Below are positions 54,601 through 64,000 of a stretch of 64,000 nt of DNA, piece by piece (within the stretch, counting starts at the first letter, position 1; the number at the start of each line of letters is the position of its first letter). The notes beneath the pieces were generated by a model. The model did no database searches, had not been told where the DNA came from, and was given only the letters and a program-made list of their open reading frames with translations. The stretch covers positions 5,588,517 to 5,652,516 of the forward strand of contig NW_019091355.1 of assembly GCF_001949145.1 (NCBI RefSeq). The letters are read 5' to 3'. Source of the stretch: Acanthaster planci. Lineage: Eukaryota. Both the position numbers and the translations under genes were made by a program.

Positions 54601-57600
54601 ATAAAAGTCTGTCTGTACATGGCACCCACATTGGATGTTGTGAAATTGTTCATGGTCTGCTGACTACAAGTACATGTGGCTGCTGATCCTTGCACCTGTT
54701 CATATGAGTGTCTGTCCATGTTAATGGACTCAACTCAGTAGTTTCATCCATCACTGAATTGAATGTTGTGTAGTTTTCATCAGAACTTAAGTATAATGCC
54801 ACAAAAGTGATTAATGTTGTTGAGTTGTTGTTAAATAAATAAGACATTTTTTTAATCATCTCCGATTTTGTTTTACCTTTATTAAAAGAAAATTTGAGAA
54901 ACGTCCGATTCAAAGGTTGTGCTTAAGTGTGACACTTTGGGGACTTTGGGGATAATAATAAACACACCGGTCCCCCAATAGGTCAAAAATTCTACATGCA
55001 ACTTGTAGAAAATGTGACAGCCAACATTTATGTATGGACATATATGTTTTCCAAAAGAAAATGTTTGATTAAAATTGGAAACATTTCATTTGGTAGTTAC
55101 ATGTACATGTACTTTTGCAACAGCATCCATCAAGAATGTTATGAAATTTTTTTTTTCCCAATGGGAAAATTCACTATCGAAAAATTGGCGACATGGCATT
55201 TCAGACCAGGTAACAGACGAATGGCAAACAGTATAGATTAATTTTTTTGTGGAATGACTTCCATTTTCTCAAAACGGGAAAAAAAGGTCCAGGGGTGAGA
55301 TTTCTGTCTATTTTTATTACGCTTGCAATGCACACACACTTCCCGCCAACTTACACATTTTGTGGAACTTAAGCTGGTGACTGAAACGTAGTATATACAG
55401 AGTACCAGTCTACTTTGAGTTTGTTTGTTCGTATGGAAACTTCAAGACATGAGATTGTCACCGTCCAGCAGGTCATGACATCCAGGTAAAGGTTACATAC
55501 GTGAAAAAAAGGAGCTGAACTTTAACATTGTATTGCACTTGTTCTGTTTAAATTCATTTGTTGTTTTTTTTTCAAATGATCCGAATACAACGTCTACCAT
55601 GTGTGTTGGAAATATAATGAGTTTTATGATGGAAATTTGCCATATAATGTAAGCTGGTAATGTGTTGACTTAAACAGACACACACTCAAAAATCAGTTGT
55701 ACTATGGTGGACATCGTAAAATATGAATGTGCGCTAGAGTGGTTGTGTTATGGCATCCGTTAATCGTTCCATGAGGACTAAAACACAGAGCATTTGTCCA
55801 AAACCTCAACAGCCATGGCCGGCTGTGGCCCTGGTCAGAAAAGTGGCAGATCGGGGAGGGCTTTGCCATGGGATGGCTTCATCATGCTTAACTTGTCTCC
55901 AGTTCGTATGAAATTGCTTACGAATATTTCACATGATTTTGATTGATTTTTGAAAAAAGATTATTATCAAAACAACTGGAAATAATGCACCATTACTAGA
56001 AAATCTTATTTCTCAGGTTTTCAGTCACTTTTTTGCGTGGCAACAGAAATTGGTCATGATCATGGAATTTAAACATGGGCAGCTCCATAAGCAAGTGGAG
56101 TTTACGTGAACTTTTTTCTATTTCCAATTTGTTTTTGTGTACTCATTTCCAGTCTTTGTCATTAGTTTTTCTTCATTTTTATCTGTAATTTCCCTAAAAA
56201 AATTCAAATTGGACTCTTTCCAAAAAGTTGTTCTCTCATCCTTATTGTCAGTGCAGTGGGTGTGAAGTGGCATTGTTGTCTGATAGGACTAAGGTGCTGA
56301 ACTTGCTAAACATGCTGAAGCACGACGGCACCTAAACTCCTTAGCTTTACCCCAGAACTGTTTCTTTTTGAATATCCTTTCTATATATTAACAGGAGAGC
56401 ATATTAAAATATTCCAAACAATGTAAAAAAAAATAGACATGCTTGAAGACCATTGGGAAGTTTCAAACTATTTTCTTTTTTATTACTTTTGCCATCAGAT
56501 AAATATGTATGTGTACACATGTACACGTATAACTTTCATCTGTTTTGCAATAGCTGTGTCTGTGATTTTTTTGTCTCTTATTTTTTGAAGGGTAATAATG
56601 GTGAAATTGCGGAGTGACCCTGCAAGGGGAGCCTTTAGGCTCAAAATCTGAAGCTGCAGCTTTAGTTGCCGGGAAGTACCTGGAGATAATGAAAAAATTC
56701 AACCCCTCAAAATATTGTGAATTTCGAGCCCGAGAAACCCAGACAAATCATTGCTTGTTCGTCTATATGTACAACATGTACATGTATGTTACAAACATAG
56801 TGGTTGAAAGTCCGTCCATGTTACAAAAATAAATTTCTTAAGACATTTGCTCTTTTATAACACAAGAAATACGTCAATAATTATCTTTAAATTCAACTGA
56901 CATATCCTGTGATGGGTAAAGATGTCACGCACCAAAAAGCACTGGGGACAAAATACATTCATTTCTAGGGGTCTTTGTCACACCAATTACATCCATTAGT
57001 GTGTACAACCCATGTACATGTATATGCATAAATGTACATGTAGATAGGTACATGTACATGTACATACCTGTACATACACGTATGTACATGCATAATGCCC
57101 TGCAAATTTGCTAACCAGCTTTTTCATCACCAGGAAACTGCAGCAGGAATGAGAGCATAAAATTACACTATAGCCAAACTCACAAACTAAAAATGACTTT
57201 TTCAAAACCATTCACCATATCACCCTTTATGTTAGAAAAAAGCATTGCATACAACTTCTTCATTCTCTTCCCCAGAGGTGTCAAGAATTGCACGTACGTA
57301 CAGACCATATGTCAATGCTTCCGCTAACGACAACACAATCAATACAAATATCAGAACAAATACATATGTACAAATCAACAAAAGTAGAAAAGTGTGACTG
57401 GAAACACAGCAGGCAGACTGGATGTGAGAAGATTATCACCATCCAAAATCCTCACACATTTTTCCCAAACAAAATGAGAATGCTGTTAAAAGTAAAAATG
57501 CTGCAATTGTTAATTTTTCAGTATTATACTCAGAGGCAATGGTGGAAGCATTTTGTGGAAGCAGACAATGGTACCTTTGAGTGATTGAATTGCTGTTTAA

Positions 57601-60600
57601 ATGAACTTGGTTTCACATGTAACAGAGACACCACACCATTTTCCTCAATGTTGGTAAACGTACATGTACATTTCCATTCGGGGGGGAGGGCTTCAGTTCC
57701 CATCAAATAAATTTATAGCAACAAGTGTGACACACTCTTATTAACCACTTGCTGCCAGGGGCAGTTATCAATGTGGATGATGCTGGTCCAGGATAATTAT
57801 CGGTTTTTTTTTGTTTTCAAAATTCGTTAAAAATTCTTATCTTCATTTACTGAACACTTACAAATGCGTGAAGGACTGTCTGGTGCCACTCTAGCCTGAC
57901 AGACAAAATCTATTGACGGCTGAGTATTTCAGCCAGGCCTGCAGCCTTGTAAAAAGAGTGCTGATTGTGCGGTGTTATATCAGTTGCTTTTGTTCACGAA
58001 CCTGCCTCAGTGCGCTGCTGACCTCTTTTCAATAGGGGCCAGATTAGCATGCAGCGGTGCTGTGTGGCTCATCGCTGTGGTGTTGGAGCGCATTTGTCCC
58101 CGGTGGTAATCCGCTTGCTCTTAATGCCCCAAACCATAGTATACTGTTTCAAAACAAGGCTGGATTATTATCTCCACTTTTGAGACTGAAAAAATGTCTG
58201 TAATGCCAAGCAGCCTGGTCTTTTGTTCCGAGTACGGCCTTTTATCATAAGGCCCTGTTCCCTTTGTCCGAGTTCGGAAACCCCGGCCACGCAAAGCATA
58301 GTGTCTGGATCTGGAATCCCCAGGCAGGAAATGGTTAATCTGTAGCTGCTTGGGAAATTAACTTCTAGCTGTATTTTTAACTCTTAGCGGAGAAAACTGG
58401 TAATGGATGCCAAATTTTAAAAGGGTCAATCAACCGTTTTCACAATTTACAGAGAGTCAAGTAATATTAAGTTTTCCTTAAAACTAGTTTGGATGGTGTT
58501 CTGTGTTCTCTAACATGTACATGTATGTAGGAGAAAAATGTTTTATCGAAATGGACACAAATGTTTTGGTGTCTGTGTTGGGTCAAACCAACTGTTCTCC
58601 AATGTACCTTAATCAGGCATCCCTAGTTTGCATGGCAAATGCAAAAGCATAAAATCTCAGCATCTTGAGGAGCCCTGTCTTGTCAATTCAAGACAAATGC
58701 TGACAGTCTCTTTTCAAACGTGGGGCAAACCCATTCCAACTAACATGTACGGGACTGGTACCTGAGATGGAGTTCAAGATTTCCTTCAGACGAGAGAAGC
58801 TTCCTAGCAAAGGGTCCTGTTCCTCTTCCTGTACATAAAAAACAGACAGAAATATTCACTTCTCTGGAAGTGAAAGAGCCGACAAACAAACCTTCACTGC
58901 ATGTGTACATTGTACATGTACATAATACCTTCTTTGACTATTGCACATGTATACAAGTACATGTAGCTCACAAAGTTGTTGAGGGTTCTCCCCAGGATTT
59001 TTCAAAACTGTGGGGGATTTCCATTGTGGTTTACCAACATTTTGCGAAGCCATGGCGTGGGTTCGGACCCCGCCCAAGGGCCCCGAAAATTTTGGGACTT
59101 TAGATGCTCTCAGCTGCATTTTAGAGCATTTCCTGGGTTTTTCAAGTACCTTTTGTCAGGAAAACACATAACAAATGCAATATATTTTTTAAATTTTGGA
59201 TATTAGTATTTTAACAAATGACCAGTTTCCTTTCTGGACTACTACCGGGTAATTAGGCCTTTAGGCACAAATGGAGTCATTTCAAGTTTCAGACATGCAA
59301 CAACATGTAGTGGCTGTCTAATCAATGATATAAACAGCCGTTTATTCAGTTTTAATTTTAATACATGCTTCAACCTTTCTGTTTTGCTGATCAGACCTGA
59401 AACCATGAGCTCCATTCAGTTGTAAGGCAAAAATATTAGCATATAAGGAATAAACAAATATCATAAAAATATAAAAATGATTTTGTCTTGATATAAAATA
59501 AACAACAAGGCTTTTCTTGTATATCGGCAAGAAAGAATACCCGCTGCAGGTGGTTGCTTCGTTTGGATTTCCCTCCGCGCGGACTGCTGAAGTTATTGGC
59601 TTAAAAAAAGAGCCTATCTTTGATTGAAGTTCTGCCATTGTGCGCGAGACAAAAAAACGGTGATATGGCAACGAGAAATATAGTCCCCGTTGTAGATGCC
59701 ATTAATACTCTTACACAGGGCGACGGCTGCCGCCATGAAAAAAAAAACGTGTGTGGGATCGATGTTGTAAGTTCTGTGTATAGTACATGGAAAAATGCAG
59801 GACTAAACTGTTTTTTTATCTATATTTTCCAGACATGCAATCTGCATTATGTAAGATAACTCTGAGCCATACTCTCACAATTATATTGTGTGTATCGGGG
59901 ATGAAAAAATGGGTATTGGCCGTTTTTTGCATATCGGGCAGAAATAATTGCGTATCGGGCCCGATACGCAAGTTTGTCCATGGGGAGAACCCTGTTGATA
60001 ATCAAACTGACCATCACACATCCATCTGAGCAATTACCTTTTAAATCAAGTGAAAGCTGGCTTTGTTACATGTGGTGCACGTGTATACATATCAACACAA
60101 CTTGAGGTACATGCCGACAGTTACAAGTATACATCGTACATGCTGTCTTTCAAAATGGATTGGAGGCAAATAAAATTATCTTATTTAATTTGTAAAGGGT
60201 CCGGGTGAATCAGTTGTAGGAATCATGTAGGCATGCTCTTTGTACTTCATATTCTTATTATGAAAGCAGTTTGATATCCTTCGGGAGGTTCAGTGTATTG
60301 TAAAATTGAATTGAGTGTATTGAAAAACTGCATTACATATGTAGACACGAAGTCAGAGCTTACTAATGGCATACATTCAAGGATTTCCAAGCCAGACCAA
60401 GGTATTAAAAAGCCAAGTTCTGCCAATTTTATCAAGAAAGCCTGTCACTTTTTTTTATTTCAACCCTTAAGAAAAACAGCTCAAACAGAAGATTGAAAAA
60501 CGTGCCAAAAATTTACCTGTGGCAAATGGGATGTCCATCTGGAGCTCCGCCTCATGGCTGTAGAAACTAGCAACATCTCCCCTTGAACAATGTAGACCCC

Positions 60601-60645
60601 ATTAGTGGGTGGTTGTATCTTTGGAGCTACTACCATGGTTGCCAT
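21647..60645 (-). CDS. GBF1: Golgi-specific brefeldin A-resistance guanine nucleotide exchange factor 1 (large Sec7 Arf-GEF), complete, 34 coding exons, ~1933 aa
   Basis: Exons 5'->3': 60645-60517, 58828-58762, 47324-47193, 46519-46401, 45218-45110, 43992-43889, 43410-42919, 41405-41234, 40659-40575, 39967-39832, 39641-39450, 38807-38706, 37894-37546, 37153-37032, 36376-36174, 35699-35576, 35022-34897, 34491-34409, 33845-33609, 33272-33173, 32935-32694, 32015-31895, 31172-30985, 29940-29787, 29231-29000, 28259-28105, 25999-25762, 25382-25183, 24794-24647, 23827-23595, 23149-23036, 22610-22430, 22204-22097, 21951-21647 (TAG). Total 5802 nt, all GT-AG and phase-compatible. Motifs: DCB ([26 protein letters not shown]), HUS box (YLNYDCD), Sec7 ([30 protein letters not shown]), HDS ([28 protein letters not shown]). 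Confidence 0.97.
28591..28718. mobile_element. Small palindromic MITE (TA-flanked)
   Basis: TATAGAGGCTTTGTGTGGTAGCCATCATGCAGGGCAGTGCTTTT ... AAAAGAACTGCCCTACATGATGGCTACCATGCAACGCCTCTATA, ~55-bp arms. Confidence 0.8.
29509..29648. repeat. Minisatellite, 20-bp unit x7
   Basis: GCATATCACATGACCCAGTT repeated 7 times without mismatch. Confidence 0.97.
30005..30213. mobile_element. Degenerate MITE with ~50-bp inverted arms
   Basis: CTCACATGAGTGTGTAAACGCCTTCAATCATGGAC ... GTCCAGGATTGAAGGCATTTACACACTTGTGTGAG. Confidence 0.65.
30683..30843 (-). mobile_element. tRNA-derived SINE
   Basis: Minus strand has an A-box-like TGGTGTTGTGG and B box GGTTCGATTCC, then GTGGGTTTTACCCAG...TTTCCTCCCAC, resembling the conserved V-SINE-type central motif. 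No intact cloverleaf. Confidence 0.7.
32085..32693 (-). repeat. Three decayed tandem copies (~200-bp period) of the 3' end of GBF1 exon 32935-32694 plus flanking intron
   Basis: Segments at ~32490-32610, ~32285-32400 and ~32115-32190 align with the exon end (CTTGACTGGTTGCATCTCCTCTCTTATGAGGGAGACCCTGCCGCTAGGATCCACGAAGTCTTGGACCTCTACCATCTC), with divergence increasing with distance. Confidence 0.8.
33820..37060 (-). other. GBF1: Exons encoding the GBF1 Sec7 catalytic domain (approximate limits)
   Basis: [21 protein letters not shown] ... [21 protein letters not shown] ... [16 protein letters not shown] ... AIKSEEIVMP. The catalytic Glu of FRLPGE is intact, in exon 35699-35576. Confidence 0.92.
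41621..41693 (+). pseudogene. tRNA-like pseudogene / tRNA-derived SINE head
   Basis: GGCTGGATAGCTCAGTTGGACGAGCACTGGTACGGTATTCCAGATGTCGCAGGTTCAAATCCCACTCCAGTCA. Acceptor and D stems, A box and B box are present, but the T stem is mismatched and the anticodon loop is non-canonical. Confidence 0.7.
42369..42448. repeat. Minisatellite, 14-bp unit x~5.7
   Basis: CATGTGGAAGCATT repeated in tandem. Confidence 0.95.
45303..45964. other. Assembly gap (N run) within a GBF1 intron
   Basis: Run of N. The flanking exons join in frame, so no coding exon appears to be missing. Confidence 1.
47721..47992 (+). mobile_element. Solo LTR of an LTR retrotransposon (Gypsy-like)
   Basis: 272-bp GC/CpG-rich island starting TGTAGCG and ending CGCTACA (TG...CA, 7-bp IR). 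Internal AATAAA at 47901-47906. Flanks ATAT / ATAC are a possible 4-bp TSD with 1 mismatch. Confidence 0.8.
53764..54439. mobile_element. MITE with ~110-bp terminal inverted repeats
   Basis: GACCTTTTCACTAAATTCCTAATTATGCATGCATGCGCA...GGGGTGCGACTTTGATGATCATT pairs with AATGATCATCAAAGTTGCACCCC...TGCGCATGCGTGCATAATTATGAATTTAGCAGTGAAAAGGTC. Confidence 0.85.
57745..58334. mobile_element. Non-autonomous piggyBac-like element
   Basis: TTAA|CCACTTGCTGCCAGGGG ... CCCCAGGCAGGAAATGG|TTAA: TTAA on both sides, CC...GG termini, 14/17 TIR match. Confidence 0.75.
58981..59994. mobile_element. Internally deleted hAT-like DNA transposon
   Basis: (G)AGGGTTCTCCCCA ... TGGGGAGAACCCTG termini. Subterminal palindrome TGCGTATCGGGCCCGATACGCA. 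A minus-strand remnant [14 protein letters not shown] resembles the N-terminus of hAT transposases. No TSD seen, so the two ends may belong to different copies. Confidence 0.55.
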
Positions 60646-60793
60646 CGCAACAGGAGGGATGTTTATCTATGGATTTGCCTTTTTCCCCAGGTTGTTTTGC
60701 TCAGTACTTTTCCTTCAGTTTGTAGACTTAGATCAGATGAGGGTCATATTACAGGGGCTCAACTGATATTATTAATCCATGTTCTGCATCTAG
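60646..60793 (-). promoter_or_regulatory. GBF1: GBF1 5' UTR portion of the first coding exon, with two short uORFs
   Basis: Strong acceptor TTTTTCTTTTTATCTTTCAG ending at 60794. uORFs MQNMD* (60789-60772) and MTLI* (60747-60733). Confidence 0.7.
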
Positions 60794-63179
60794 CTGAAAG
60801 ATAAAAAGAAAAACAGAGAAATGAGGAATATCCTGCCCCTGTAGATGTAGCATGGAAACTGGAGTTCAGTTGTTTGAAAATGGTAGTAATGGATCAAGTG
60901 ATTAGGATGTTAGAACTCGTTTTTAAAATTTAGCCTGGCCAGTTGCACTGTGGCCTCATTGTAAATTCATATATCTAGCTCCAGATTTCACCCCCAAAAC
61001 AGCCCTGAAACTGTCTAATGTGCTTGCTCACAAATTCAGTGGGAATTGGGGATTCCAGTGATGGTGGTAAAGTTTACTTTCATTTGGGAAGAAAAATTTC
61101 TCATTCAAATTGGAAATGCTATGGTTGTCAAGCTCACAGTTACCATATTCATCATGTAGCGATTCAAACTGTTTGTTGATATTATGTACATGTACAGGAA
61201 AAATAATGAGACATCTTGATGACCCGGCCCAGGGCACCATTCATAATTGTAAAGCACATGTACATGTATATTGACAACGGTTCCCAGCACGGCAGAACGT
61301 CTAGCGCCACAAGTCGATTTTGTCACACACAGTTCCTGGACATTACACCACTCAGGAAACAGTCACTGGCATTTGTGTGCATTTTCCTCATGTTCAACTA
61401 TGCGCAGCAATTTTGCAATGAAAATCACAAAATTCAAAACAACATTAAAAAGAAATTATACAATATAAATAACTATCACAAAAACGGGCATCTTGCACAG
61501 GAATGGAGACAGCGGCCTCCAGTGAGTGATGTCAGGTCCACAGGAACTATGACGTTGGTGCAACACTCCCGGCTGATGGTGAAAAGGTATGTCCCATTCC
61601 CAATCAAAAAAGCCCTGACATTTAATATGTTTCTTACAATAAATACATGCCCATTCATTTAGTTTTCTGGCCACAAGATTTGATTCTTCTTTACTCTGTT
61701 ACAGATCAATAAACAGACCAGTGGTCCTCACACAAAAAAGTGCTAAATCCGTGGTGAGATATCAACAATATCAAATCGCTAATTTTGTCCATACAAGCAG
61801 TATAAACCATAAAACATTTTAAGGTTACAAGAAATTCAAATTTCACAGGTTTTCAACGATGATTTACAAATAAATAAATCACACTTACAGAATAAATCTG
61901 GCTTTTAGAGTTCATGACTTAGCGGTGAATCTAGCTCGGCAAACCCATAGCCAAATGGGTATCCACAATCATCAGCCTCGGCCGGCAACACAAAACTTCC
62001 CTCGGCCTTCTCCAGACTGGAGAATGAATTCAAAGGGCCTCAGTGCCCAAGGAGACTCCGAGCCAGAGTTGCTTGCCACTACGTGACGAGTCATTCCCCA
62101 AAGCTTGATTTCATACTTTCACAAAAATATTTAATTGGAATGCATCACACCCATTGGGAGGGTCTCAGTAATCAATATCATCCAACCAAACACACTCATC
62201 CACATGCAGAAAGTCTACATGGCAGTTCACGCTTGAAATACCTGCCTGTTTAAACCAAAAACAGGTACACTGGTGCGACATCCATGCTCCTACGAATGCC
62301 CAAAACTTTACTAGGTGTAAAAGCTCTAACAAAAGGGACTTCATACCCGAATTCACACAGTTTAAAGTGGCAACTCAACACCACAGCTTCCAATTTCGTG
62401 GAAAGTTACATTCGATTCATGACCAAGCACTAATTGGTCCATTGTACAGGCTGAAAAACTTATACACTCATATAACCTTCAACTTATACATTGTACAATC
62501 ACAACGGATTTACTCAATATAACCCGTAAGTTATACAATCATAAAGAATTCAATTATGCAACATAATTCTCATGGTTTTGTTTCCAATGGACTCCTGAAA
62601 TCTCCCAAAAAGTCATCGTTTGTGAGACCGGCGCATTGTGACAACTTGAGATTCTCAACGTCGGCTTGAGTTCAACAGAAGATTTCCAATTTGAATGGGC
62701 AATTTCTCTTTTCTTTGCAAATGAACATGTAAATGCAATCCTTCCCACCATCAATGGAATCTCCAATTCCCACTGAATACTACAGTAGGTCATTTGACAG
62801 TTTCAGGACTGTTTATGGGGTGAAATGTAGCCTCCTTGGTGTAGCTGTGGTCAGTCACACCAAGGGGAGCAAGGGTGAAATCTAAGGATTTCGATTCAGA
62901 GTATGTGCTACTTTGAAAAAAAAATGAATAAAAAGTGAAATTAATGGTACATAAGGCCTATGCAAGGTTCTGGGACTCTATTAATCGCCAACCATGTCCA
63001 AATATCAAAAGAGGCGATTCATGAGTACAAGGCACTCTAACTAGCCTACAGTCATGACAGTCAAATTTTAATCTCTGCTAACATTTTTTTTTCAAATATT
63101 CAATGAAAAAAACTGCACACAAACAATAACTACATGTACAGCGACAAAAGTTGATGAGACCGATGATCCTGACGTTGAA

Positions 63180-63790
63180 AGATCACTGACGGTCAATAAG
63201 CCTATCGGTATTTCCCATTCCATCGCCATGTTGATTTTAGTGCCCCTGCGTAAGTAAGTGAACAAAGCTAGAGGGGAGCAAATTGTCTACAACAATAACA
63301 ATGGCGAGCATCCATTTGCCACATTTTACGCGACGTTGTTGCCATGAATTTGTTGCCCGCTCTTCTGAGCTTTTCCGCTTGCGTACATGAAATGTGAAAA
63401 AGGCTTGCTAAAATTCAAAGCAGGTCTAACTTAGGCATGTTAGGCCTACCTTGCTCATGTCATCTGGTCACGGACGTGACTAAGCTACCTTAGCTCTGCT
63501 GAGTGGAATGTTAGCATTCCTCTTTTTCGATTTTTGGACGGGATCATCATACTAACGCTCCACGCCCATACATATAGTAAGGTGAAAACAGTTCTCAAAA
63601 ATTCCAAAGACTCACCAAAAATACCTCTACTGCCACCTCCTGGCTTCTATAAATGCCAACGGCAAACGGTTGGGGCTTCAATAATATTTCTGACTTCCAA
63701 ATCTGTCAAAATCCGACCGTTTCCACTCTACACACGCACAGCACTTGAACTTTTCGCCGCCTCCTCCCATTCAAATACGGGCATGTAGAG
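63180..63790. promoter_or_regulatory. Candidate GBF1 promoter / non-coding first exon region
   Basis: CpG-richer than the gene body. Divergent YY1-like ATGGCG motifs at ~63224-63232 (-) and ~63298-63306 (+). Minus-strand donor-like sites GTCAGT (~63190) and GTGAGT (~63615). A non-coding upstream exon is implied by the acceptor at 60794. Confidence 0.35.
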
Positions 63791-63846
63791 TTTCTGGCAC
63801 AATGAGTCTACGGACAAACATGGAGGTACCGGTAGGCCTAGCGGCC

Positions 63847-63906
63847 TAGCCCAGGTTGGAGGACGTCTACATTAACTGCAATGTAGACGTCGTCCAACCT
63901 GGACTA
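63847..63906. repeat. Short near-perfect inverted repeat (mini-MITE)
   Basis: CCAGGTTGGAGGACGTCTACATT-AACTGC-AATGTAGACGTCGTCCAACCTGG, 23-bp arms with 1 mismatch, TAG/CTA-flanked. Confidence 0.8.
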
Positions 63907-64000
63907 CTTACTACTCGACGTGCTAGCGGCCTTGCGTTCCTATGTAGGCCCTACATGAAATGATGCCACAGGCCCATGGCAATATTCTTCAATTTTATTA

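Noticed and set aside
63301..63390. First exon of a divergent plus-strand gene (MASIHLPH...)
   Set aside because: Frame closes after 29 codons with no convincing donor; cannot be supported within the window.

Overview
Eukaryotic (intron-rich, metazoan) genomic DNA with three assembly gaps. It is probably an invertebrate deuterostome such as a sea star; that is an inference from gene structure and repeat style only. Three spliced protein-coding genes were reconstructed by hand with consistent GT-AG phases. (1) The 3' part of a CENP-U/MLF1IP-like kinetochore gene (+, 589-7448), whose last coding exon is followed by an open, codon-preserving tandem array of copies of itself. (2) An 8-exon, ~479-aa gene with no family I recognise (+, 12461-17579), carrying an antisense tRNA-Gly(GCC) in an intron. 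(3) A complete 34-coding-exon GBF1 Arf-GEF gene (-, 60645-21647, ~1933 aa). The rest contains many non-autonomous DNA transposons (MULE-, piggyBac-, hAT- and TA-type MITEs), a solo LTR, two tRNA-derived SINE-like elements, minisatellites, decayed copies of a GBF1 exon end, and a high density of TA-NNNN-TA palindromes (TACATGTA, TAGGCCTA) resembling transposon excision footprints. No database search was run; protein identities come from my recollection of the vertebrate sequences.
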